Virus record (IMG/VR): IMGVR_UViG_3300005736_000002 | Coordinates: 7,678-71,677 of that record | Length of the DNA stretch: 64,000 nucleotides | Source: a virus | Strand: one strand, 5' to 3' | Shown: in pieces, positions 56,184 through 64,000 of the stretch | Position numbering within the stretch: the first letter of the stretch is position 1 | Layout: each line of letters begins with the position of its first letter | Made by a program: the position numbers and the translations under genes | The notes under the pieces: model-generated | The model's database searches: none | What the model was told of the DNA's origin: nothing | The model's input: the letters and a program-made list of their open reading frames with translations, nothing else

Positions 56184-56942
56184 TTACGAGAACAGGGATT
56201 TAGCAGGGCCACCTGCCTGAGTAGCTGCCGCTGCTGGAGCGCCCGCTACACCCGCCTGAGCACCTGTCATGCCTTTGGCTTTGTTTTTAGTGATACCTGT
56301 CCACTTTTCAGCCCACTGGTCGTGGAATACTGCTTCAGTAATACCACCCAGGATTTCTGCTGTAGTCAGTTTGTCACGAGTACGGAAGAACTTATCGACT
56401 TCGTTTTCTTCACGAGTTTCACCTGTTGGCTCATACTCACCTGTCTGATCGTTCTTCGCACGTTTATCAACAACCTGCTTAAAGATACCCGCTGTAATAT
56501 CCTGGCCTACCAGGTCAGAGAATACGTTTACACGAGTAGGGATTTCTTTACCGGCATCGTAGTCGTACAGAGAAATAGTGCGTTCTTCAGTTTCCAGTTC
56601 ACCGATTTCTTTACCGACAGATAGAAGTGCCAAGGCGTTAGCCTGCAGGAAGCCAGGAAGACCTTTCTTCTTGTTGGTCTTCTTATCGATGTAATACGTT
56701 TTCAGGCCTTTTGCAGTACCAGAAGTCATCCAGAATTGTTGCTTAATGGATTTTTCCTGGTTGTCTACTGTTGCTTTCATTTCAACGTTCAGAGCCATCG
56801 CGCCACTGTCTGCAGTGGTCAAATAAGCTACTGCAATTTTGCAGTCGTATACACCGGATTCAACCAGGAAGCCACCGCCACCCAGTACATCTACTTCCTG
56901 TTCTACATCTGCGGATGATTTAAGTGCTGTTAATACAGTCAT
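56184..56942 (-). CDS. single-stranded DNA-binding protein (N4 gp45-like)
   Basis: DVLGGG, ESGVY, LPGF, ETREENEVDKFF, C-terminal SLF. Confidence 0.88.
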   Translation of the reverse strand: MTVLTALKSSADVEQEVDVLGGGGFLVESGVYDCKIAVAYLTTADSGAMALNVEMKATVDNQEKSIKQQFWMTSGTAKGLKTYYIDKKTNKKKGLPGFLQANALALLSVGKEIGELETEERTISLYDYDAGKEIPTRVNVFSDLVGQDITAGIFKQVVDKRAKNDQTGEYEPTGETREENEVDKFFRTRDKLTTAEILGGITEAVFHDQWAEKWTGITKNKAKGMTGAQAGVAGAPAAAATQAGGPAKSLFS

Positions 56943-56990
56943 GAGAATTTTTCCTATAAATTATTTTCGCCAAAGCCACCGGAGGTGGTG

Positions 56991-57194
56991 TTATGCCACT
57001 CGACTCAGAGAGATGGTTTGACGGTAGTTAGGTTCAACAGAAGTCCAATGCACCCACTTCATAAAACATTCTTTAGGGTGCGTTGTGACTAATAGGACTC
57101 GTTGCGTGATGTGGTCTACACCCACAATGATGCCCTTGGGAAAAGAGAGGTAGCGGTAGTTCACCCGCATACCTATTTTAAAGTTGCGGGGCAT
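56991..57194 (-). CDS. hypothetical protein
   Basis: AAGG RBS; fills gap. Confidence 0.55.
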   Translation of the reverse strand: MPRNFKIGMRVNYRYLSFPKGIIVGVDHITQRVLLVTTHPKECFMKWVHWTSVEPNYRQTISLSRVA

Positions 57195-57211
57195 AACTGC
57201 TGCCTTATGGT

Positions 57212-57820
57212 TTACTCGTAGTACTCGTGAAGACGATCCAGAACTTTCTGTGCATCGTTATCGACGAAGGTTTCTTTGGTATCCCACATGCCCAGAGGCG
57301 CACGGATACGTTCGTTGACGGTTTCTTTCGTCAACTTGGCTTGGTACACGTACTTGAAGCCCAGGGCTTCTTCTTCTGGAGTGATCACCAGGAGATCAGA
57401 ACCGTAGTCTTTCAACTTATTCAGCGGTACTTTTTTCGCTGCAATTACAGTAGAGAAGTAGGATTCAATACCCTGGTTCATGATGGAGCCTTTCACTTTG
57501 ACCATGGTTTCCATGATCATTTCAGACTCGTTCATGATGTCCATTGAGTGCGCCAGGAAGATCACGTTTTTAGTGGACTTCGCAACGTACTGAGCCATCA
57601 GATTTTTCCAGAACGTACCGTAATCGCCCCAGGCCTTCATGGTGTTCGCAGAGTTCAACACGTAGTTGTTCTCATACATGTCCATCATGTAGGTGAGCGT
57701 ATCGATCACGATCGTATGGATCTCAGGCATGGATTCAGCAGCGGTGAACGCCTCGTATACCTGTAATGGATCAGTGACTGTGTATTCTTTGAATTTGCTG
57801 CGGAACGGTAACTTTTTGTT
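57212..57820 (-). CDS. gp44-like (Sak4-type P-loop) protein, exon 2
   Basis: Frame open from NKKLPFRSKF through Walker B IVIDTL to stop. Confidence 0.85.
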   Translation of the reverse strand, partial: NKKLPFRSKFKEYTVTDPLQVYEAFTAAESMPEIHTIVIDTLTYMMDMYENNYVLNSANTMKAWGDYGTFWKNLMAQYVAKSTKNVIFLAHSMDIMNESEMIMETMVKVKGSIMNQGIESYFSTVIAAKKVPLNKLKDYGSDLLVITPEEEALGFKYVYQAKLTKETVNERIRAPLGMWDTKETFVDNDAQKVLDRLHEYYE

Positions 57821-58806
57821 CGTTTACATTCACCCTGTATCGTTACTACAGAGCCGGGACGTACCCTGCCTCCGCTTTCACGGAGGACTAGACTATATCA
57901 TCACCTCAATAATAAGGTGCCCACTGCTTCCACCTCACTTGAGGTGTACTCTACTCACTTCCATCAAAATATTTTGATGTGTTTTCGATAGTCGTTGGAG
58001 CTTATACAACGTGTTTATAAGTTTGTCCTTTAACAATTTTAGCCATAGCAGCGACTGACGTACCAAAACGGTTCGCCAATGCAGTAGCACTAAAATCTTT
58101 ATCACGAGGTTTGAATACCTTCCTACAATATCGGACTTCATCATCAGTTAACTTAGATTTATCTTTTAAGTTAGCTAATGAGTTCTGCCTAGCTTGTTCG
58201 GATTTATGATTCTTTTTACCTTTATAAGGTTTCCACAAACCTGTATCCCTAGCGTGTTTTAGGTTTTCAGCTTGAGTAACCCATTCAAGGTTATCGACGC
58301 GATTATTCAGCTTATCTCCGTCTTTATGATTTACCTGTGGTTTGTTTTCTGGGTTTTCCAGAAAAGCTAATGCCACTAAACGGTGAACCATTAAAGTCTT
58401 TTTTCTGATAACTACTGAGTAATACCCTCTATTATTGAGGGTATAGGACACTTCCCGTTCTGGTTTGAGTATGTGTTTATACTCGCCTGTAAATTCCATA
58501 CCTTTACCGACAATTGGAATTTTGTATTTACTTTGAGTAAATACTCGACCGTCTCGGGTAATTCTATAAATACCTGATTCAGTGTCTTCTATATAGTCTT
58601 CCATACTGCACCTTTATAAATTCAGATGCGTACAGTATACCAAATATAAACTCTGAGTGTTTGGTATTCCGTTGTATCTTGCCTGCTGATTGCCCAATCC
58701 TTTTGATTTTCAAGCATTCACGCTTACTGTTACCAGTTACGTTGTAGCTCAAAAGGCTCTAAGGGGTTTCCAGCAATTCAATGGGTTTAACGAGAACTTA
58801 CAGTTA
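57821..58806 (-). mobile_element. group I intron (986 nt) carrying an HNH endonuclease gene
   Basis: P1 CGAGAAU/GUUCUCG with U-G at 5' splice site; P AATTGCTGGAAA, Q AATCAGCAGG, R CAACGACTA, S GATATAGTCT; terminal G; exons join in frame. Confidence 0.92.
58002..58604 (-). CDS. intron-encoded HNH homing endonuclease
   Basis: [37 protein letters not shown]; C-terminal HTH-like segment. Confidence 0.92.
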   Translation of the reverse strand: MEDYIEDTESGIYRITRDGRVFTQSKYKIPIVGKGMEFTGEYKHILKPEREVSYTLNNRGYYSVVIRKKTLMVHRLVALAFLENPENKPQVNHKDGDKLNNRVDNLEWVTQAENLKHARDTGLWKPYKGKKNHKSEQARQNSLANLKDKSKLTDDEVRYCRKVFKPRDKDFSATALANRFGTSVAAMAKIVKGQTYKHVV

Positions 58807-58926
58807 ATTCTCGCAGTTCAGATACATAACCCCTTCAGGGTTACGCAGGTTCATCAATGATGCTGATTTACCGCCAGCGGATTTACCACTGATCAACACC
58901 AGATGGTCATTCATCTGAGTAGACAT
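58807..58926 (-). CDS. gp44-like (Sak4-type P-loop) protein, exon 1
   Basis: MSTQMNDHLVLISGKSAGGKSASLMNLRNPEGVMYLNCEN (Walker A); AGGA RBS. Confidence 0.85.
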
Positions 58927-58977
58927 ATTTAAATTCCTGATTGAAACCGCAGAAGGGGCCGGATGGCCCCATGAGCT

Positions 58978-61146
58978 TTAAGCGGCTTTGTTCGAGTCAC
59001 GCTCAATGATTTTCTTCGCAGCGGTCTTCATGATCGTGCTCTGAATTTCAGCGTCTTTGAGTTTGTTTGGAAGTTTGTCGTTGAGAGATTTAACACCCTC
59101 TTCAACCTGATCGTAGGAGTGGCCTGCATCAACCAGTAAACGAGCATAACGGTGCAATTGGTTGGAACGGTTACCTTCACCGGTATTGTTCACAAACCAA
59201 CGCTCCAGGTTATTCAGGTTGGCCTGAGCCAATACCTGTTCCTGTCGTCGCTCGTTCTTAGAGGTGCGCGGGATGAATTCCAGTACGTCCAGTAACTGTC
59301 CGTCGTTGTACTCGTGGTGACCCGAGTGAGACAACCACTTGCGAGCACGTTGCCCGGTTTGGTCATCAACACCGAAGGGGAGCCAATCAAAGATGTTCTG
59401 CATGAACTCTTTAAAGTCATCAGCGTCCAGTTTCAGGGTGTAGTTCAAAGGCAGGATAATACGGAAGCGGTTCTCCTGTTCAGTGTGACGTTTTGTGGTG
59501 TAGTACATTGCTTTGTAGTCCTTCAGCAATAACTTAGCGGTACTCAGAGAGCAGCCACCGTCCACGTCAATCACAACCATATTAAAGCCTTCCATCACAC
59601 ACTCTTCGGCCCTGTGGCCTCCGGTTACGTGATGAGATACCCAATGGAAACCTTGGGCTTGAGTCACCTTATGTAGATCATCAAAGGCCTGAAACTCGTT
59701 CATGTAGTTGTAGGCGATGTGATCGGAGTAACTGAAAATCATCTGATCCAGATCGGTTTCCTGCAGAGATTCTCCTGACAGAAATTCGATCCCATCCACA
59801 AAGGACTTCTTGATGACGACGTTATTTTTATAACCCCAGGCAATTGCCATGGTCATCATGTCCTGCTTCTGAGAAACACTGCCTTTGTAGAAGGGTAGGT
59901 CTTCCATCAACTCATACTGAGTCACTTCACGTCCAGCCTGAGCCAGGTATTTCGCCAGCTTAACCGGTGCACGATCTCGTGCCATGATACGATCCAGGGA
60001 CTTACCTGATTCCTCAGCCACTTTAATGGCGTGGTACAGGTGATCTTCTGTGATGTTGTATGTCTGATCCAGGAACGCATACGCACCCGCGAGCTTCATG
60101 ACCTTCCAGTAACGGTGGTTCATCTCAGCTTTACGGATCTCGTCATGTTCCGGGAGATCTAATGCACGGTTCTCACAGTGGATCTTGTAGTCCATCCAGG
60201 GGATTGCTACCGCATCTTCCATCACCAGTTTCTTACGGAAATGGGTACGGTCTGCCAGTTGTAGGCAGGTATCTGACAAATCACAGAGGAACTGTGAATG
60301 AGCCTGAGACTTCATACCGGCTACCTCGGTAGCACCGTTGGCATTTTTGTTTTTGTGATTGTCTTTCACATAGGCAAAGAAGCAACGACGGGCATATCCC
60401 GTATCCAGTAGAGAATAAAATTCATCTTCTGTTTTACTACCGTTCAGCAGACGTGAGGCGGTACCGAAGATCAGCATGTTGGCAGGGGTCTGTCCAGTGA
60501 TCTCAGTACCACGTTTGTTGTCGTTGGTATGTTTGATCAGCTTGGACTTAATCTTACCCTTGTCGTAAAGCTCCAGGAACGGAGGGAACATTTCCATGTT
60601 ACCTAGTAGGTTTGAACCAATCTCATCCACTTCAAAGTTAATTGAGCCGGCTTCTGAGATAAGCAACTGTTCACGGAACTGTTTTAGAGCAGGGGCGGTA
60701 CCTGAGTCGAAGCTGAAGAGATAACCTCCTTTGCCTTCAAACTCAGCACGAACACGCTCCACTTCATCGTCTGGATCCGTGGCTCGTTTACCTGCACGTT
60801 TACACCCTCGGTTGTAAATCTGTGTCTCTGCGATGGCTGGATAGGTATCCTCCACAAACTGCTCCTGGAAGAGTTTAATAACCTCGTCTTCCATCACGTC
60901 CTGGGATTTACCTTTACCGAAACCGGATTGAGCCAGGTTTACTGAGTAGAGGTTGACGGGGACTACCTTACCTCCGGGCAGTTCTACATTGCAGCGCATA
61001 GTGGAAGCTACTTTAGCCAGGTAATACCCGACCAGAACATGAAAATAATGTTCTTCGCTGGTGCCTACACGCTGTTTCATTATCTCAGTCAATTTTTCTG
61101 AGATAGGGTGATAGTCCAAGGTGGACAAATCTCGAAGTGTACTCAT
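58978..61146 (-). CDS. DNA primase-like protein (N4 gp43-like)
   Basis: SGFGKG, DEIGSNL, VIDVDGG, YTTKRH, RFRIILP, PriCT-like EGNRSNQL. Confidence 0.88.
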   Translation of the reverse strand: MSTLRDLSTLDYHPISEKLTEIMKQRVGTSEEHYFHVLVGYYLAKVASTMRCNVELPGGKVVPVNLYSVNLAQSGFGKGKSQDVMEDEVIKLFQEQFVEDTYPAIAETQIYNRGCKRAGKRATDPDDEVERVRAEFEGKGGYLFSFDSGTAPALKQFREQLLISEAGSINFEVDEIGSNLLGNMEMFPPFLELYDKGKIKSKLIKHTNDNKRGTEITGQTPANMLIFGTASRLLNGSKTEDEFYSLLDTGYARRCFFAYVKDNHKNKNANGATEVAGMKSQAHSQFLCDLSDTCLQLADRTHFRKKLVMEDAVAIPWMDYKIHCENRALDLPEHDEIRKAEMNHRYWKVMKLAGAYAFLDQTYNITEDHLYHAIKVAEESGKSLDRIMARDRAPVKLAKYLAQAGREVTQYELMEDLPFYKGSVSQKQDMMTMAIAWGYKNNVVIKKSFVDGIEFLSGESLQETDLDQMIFSYSDHIAYNYMNEFQAFDDLHKVTQAQGFHWVSHHVTGGHRAEECVMEGFNMVVIDVDGGCSLSTAKLLLKDYKAMYYTTKRHTEQENRFRIILPLNYTLKLDADDFKEFMQNIFDWLPFGVDDQTGQRARKWLSHSGHHEYNDGQLLDVLEFIPRTSKNERRQEQVLAQANLNNLERWFVNNTGEGNRSNQLHRYARLLVDAGHSYDQVEEGVKSLNDKLPNKLKDAEIQSTIMKTAAKKIIERDSNKAA

Positions 61147-61156
61147 GGTTCACTCC

Positions 61157-61516
61157 TTAAAAGTCAAAACTAGGTGTACCCTGGGGCAGGTCATCTCTTT
61201 TGATCCGACCAGACCACACATTATTTAAAGTGCGGTAAGACTTATTCAAACCCATGCGGGCATTGAGCCTCTGTACGAACTCATCACGAGTTTCTTTTTC
61301 TTTTCGTGGTATTCCCGTATTTGCTTCTTTCCACAGCAGGTACTCACGACGAATAAAGTCATAGTGGTACTGGGTGAGTTTGGTGCAGTCATGCCGTTTC
61401 CGTGCAGTGACATTAGTGAACAGATCGTCTTGTACCGGGTCGGTTACAAGCGCGTCTTCAACAGTAAAAATACTATTAAAAACATTTTTAACTTTTTGGA
61501 TTAACTTATTAAACAT
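61157..61516 (-). CDS. hypothetical protein
   Basis: AGGA RBS; packed ORF. Confidence 0.7.
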   Translation of the reverse strand: MFNKLIQKVKNVFNSIFTVEDALVTDPVQDDLFTNVTARKRHDCTKLTQYHYDFIRREYLLWKEANTGIPRKEKETRDEFVQRLNARMGLNKSYRTLNNVWSGRIKRDDLPQGTPSFDF

Positions 61517-61525
61517 GACAGTTTC

Positions 61526-62515
61526 CTAATTAAGAATTAATTCACCAGATTCGATGTATTTATCTTTTTGTTTACAGGTTGAGAAAGCATCACAATAACG
61601 ACAAGCACCAACAGTGCCTTTTTGTTCAACAATAATTCCAACACCATTATCTTGGGCCATTCTTAATTGGGCCTCGGGTAATGTATTAAAGTTTTTAGTT
61701 GAACGAGTCATTTTCTCGGGGTTTTTGTAATACTTATAAACAGGGGCTTTTCGCCAAAGTTCTTTATCATTACATTCAGGGATGTCTTCATCCTTTGCTG
61801 TTAGATATTTAAGAACTTCAGTGAGTTTATTTCTAATCCAGCCTTCTGTTTCAGCGATCGACTTGAGTGGAATGCGCTGCTCCATGATTCGGCTGACGGG
61901 GTAGCCTTTGTCTTTTTCGACACGGGCTTTTGCTGCTGACCAGTCTGTGAAGATGAACTGAATTGCCATCTCATCCTGAGTGATTTTGTCAGGGTTGAGC
62001 CAGCGATAGATTGACCCTTGCAGGCTGTAATCTTCATCTTTGGTTCCAAACTGGTATGTGTAGGTGCTGGTTGATTTGAAATCCTCCAGACGACCTTCAG
62101 CAATGAAATCGAACTTACCGGATACGATGAAGTTCAGGATCTCTTTCTCAGCCCGCTGCTCCAGGTAAACCGGTATGCAGTCTTCGTCGAGTTCCTCGGC
62201 AGAAGGGTTGATCTTCACACGCTCAATAACGCGCTTGGAGACACCCAGCTTACGCAGGGAATCTTTATAGTTCACCACCCAGGCATGTTCAATGCCGTTG
62301 TGAATCGCTGTACCAAGCGTTGAGGGGATAAGCCCCGCAATGTCAGGGGTCTGCTCACTTTTCTTTACTCGCGTAAGCAGGACGATCTGACGGACGCTTT
62401 TCAATAAGCTGGTTGCTGAGATGTGATTATTACGACTGTCATGGTCGTACTCGTCATGCGCCAACCAGACTGCCACAGACAACGGAATGTTCTGTAAGTT
62501 GGTGTATGCACCCAT
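61526..62515 (-). CDS. PD-(D/E)XK exonuclease (N4 gp42-like)
   Basis: ISATSLLK, GTAIH, SGKFD, DFKST, QGSIYRWL, CRYC. Confidence 0.88.
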   Translation of the reverse strand: MGAYTNLQNIPLSVAVWLAHDEYDHDSRNNHISATSLLKSVRQIVLLTRVKKSEQTPDIAGLIPSTLGTAIHNGIEHAWVVNYKDSLRKLGVSKRVIERVKINPSAEELDEDCIPVYLEQRAEKEILNFIVSGKFDFIAEGRLEDFKSTSTYTYQFGTKDEDYSLQGSIYRWLNPDKITQDEMAIQFIFTDWSAAKARVEKDKGYPVSRIMEQRIPLKSIAETEGWIRNKLTEVLKYLTAKDEDIPECNDKELWRKAPVYKYYKNPEKMTRSTKNFNTLPEAQLRMAQDNGVGIIVEQKGTVGACRYCDAFSTCKQKDKYIESGELILN

Positions 62516-62567
62516 AACTTACTCCAATGGTTTGATAGAGGTTTTAAACCCCCCGATGGGGGTCTGG

Positions 62568-62900
62568 TTAGTCGATACGAATGTCTTCGTACACAGGTAC
62601 TTCAGGGGTCTTCTCGGTTACGATGTAACCCAGAGTATTGATCCAATGAATACCATGAGAGAGGTACACCTCATCGTCGCATTCGACGATTGTCCAGATG
62701 CAGTCTTCGTTTACTTCATGGTCTTTACGGAACTGCTGGAGATTATTCCAGTTCATCAGGCAGGAGCCTGATCCGTAATCAAAACCCATCCCGTGATCGT
62801 ATGGGTTTACGATGGGTTTAAGCTTTTCAGCCCAAATATCATCCGTAGGGTACGGAGGATGCGGAGGATTGTTTAAGTTTTGCATTATTAATCGTTCCAT
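62568..62900 (-). CDS. hypothetical protein
   Basis: IWTIVECD...GIHWINTLGYIVTE. Confidence 0.7.
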   Translation of the reverse strand: MERLIMQNLNNPPHPPYPTDDIWAEKLKPIVNPYDHGMGFDYGSGSCLMNWNNLQQFRKDHEVNEDCIWTIVECDDEVYLSHGIHWINTLGYIVTEKTPEVPVYEDIRID

Positions 62901-62947
62901 AGGGTGTGTTCCTATTTATTAATCTGCGGAACACGCCGGAGGCGTGA

Positions 62948-63574
62948 TTAACAATTAAACCATATCTCTTGGGCTTTATTAATATCAAAAGTTTTAAACA
63001 AATCAGGATTTAATATAAATGCCTGTTCGTTTTTGTCTTTTTTATAATATGCTGTTTTCACACGTCTGATAATATTTTTTCTTTTTAATTCATTAAATGA
63101 ACGAGAAAAAGCAGCTTTTTGTGAGGGCGTATTAAATTCACCAGCCAGGACACAGATATTTGTTTCTGGGTCACGATTTAATTTAATTTGATTAAATAAC
63201 TGGAAAGCGGATTTAGACACCTGAGCCAGTAAATCAAAAATATCCATATTAACAATATTCGCCTGAGTGCCTTGTATCATTCTGAGGGCGCGATTAGTTG
63301 CATGTATTACTTGAACATCTCCATACGATTTAGCGCCTTCAGCCAGAAGCCTGTGAGCTTCTATATGATCCTCAATGGTCAGTCTTATTAGATTTTCTTT
63401 ACGATTGTTACCGCCTAGAGATCTAGGAATTATATGGTGCTTATGGGTAAGGTTACTATCTTTAGGTAGGGTGTACCCATTCAAAAAGTCTCGATATTGT
63501 TTAAATACGGGATCATTAAGAATTATTTCATAACCATTAAAGGTAGGCGTTTTAGTCTTTAAATCATTTATCAC
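62948..63574 (-). CDS. HNH-domain protein fused to a winged-helix-like domain
   Basis: HKHHIIPRSLGGNNRKENLIRLTIEDHIEAH; C-terminal half resembles next ORF. Confidence 0.75.
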   Translation of the reverse strand: MINDLKTKTPTFNGYEIILNDPVFKQYRDFLNGYTLPKDSNLTHKHHIIPRSLGGNNRKENLIRLTIEDHIEAHRLLAEGAKSYGDVQVIHATNRALRMIQGTQANIVNMDIFDLLAQVSKSAFQLFNQIKLNRDPETNICVLAGEFNTPSQKAAFSRSFNELKRKNIIRRVKTAYYKKDKNEQAFILNPDLFKTFDINKAQEIWFNC

Positions 63575-63938
63575 TTACTTGACTCCATATATGCTTAATG
63601 CGAGGCACATATTCGTGCGGAGGTAAGATGAAAAAGGGAGATACAATGTACGTGTGTTTTGAGTACATCAGTTGGGTTTCATCGTCAATATCAATGATTC
63701 CTGTAGCCGGTAAACGGCATACCAGATCGAATGTAATAAGCTCTTTATAGTAGGCGCTACGTTTATTCAACTGACCTTTGGTCAGGTTCTCAGAACGAAG
63801 AGTTGCGACATTAGTGCGGTAATTCATCTGATTTTTTATCTTTAGGAAAAGATCCCTGGCTCCTTTTGATAATAGCCCCATAACATCTAGAATATCCGGT
63901 GAATCATTTTGGTTATTCAGAGTATTAAGTTGTCCCAC
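63564..63938 (-). CDS. winged-helix-like DNA-binding protein
   Basis: LSKGARDLF...YKEL...YIVSP pattern. Confidence 0.55.
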   Translation of the reverse strand: MGQLNTLNNQNDSPDILDVMGLLSKGARDLFLKIKNQMNYRTNVATLRSENLTKGQLNKRSAYYKELITFDLVCRLPATGIIDIDDETQLMYSKHTYIVSPFFILPPHEYVPRIKHIWSQVSDK

Positions 63939-64000
63939 CTGAGTATGTCTCCTAGGGAACCTACGATTAAGTCCCGTCTTTTAGGTGCTTGAGCTGGTTT

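Overview
This window is most of an N4-like (Schitoviridae) podophage genome, apparently circularly permuted. The early and middle genes lie on the - strand (1-14.6 kb and 51.3-64 kb). They include the split RNAPII subunits, a gp2/Drc-like ssDNA-binding activator, an AAA+ ATPase with a metallopeptidase-vWA partner, helicase, primase, SSB, resolvase and ThyA. The late block lies on the + strand (15.9-51.3 kb): terminase, tail and lysis genes, portal, capsid, ejection proteins and a 3520-aa virion RNA polymerase. The probable genome-end junction is near 14.7-15.3 kb. Main observations: (1) about 20 small early proteins, many otherwise dissimilar, share one C-terminal K-x-x-[DEQK]-hydrophobic-hydrophobic-x-L-I-[GTHN] helix, and two of them sit inside the AAA+/vWA-peptidase operon, suggesting a modular adaptor system; (2) a complete group I intron with an HNH gene interrupts the gp44/Sak4-like gene; (3) a free-standing HNH gene appears to have inserted into the first codons of the RNAP2 gene and supplied a replacement start; (4) three identical hairpins are candidate vRNAP promoters, and a second hairpin family is present; (5) a cluster of highly structured non-coding RNAs with repeated pseudoknots lies at 52.5-54.4 kb. 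All calls come from reading the sequence and from recalled family motifs and N4 synteny. No searches were run.
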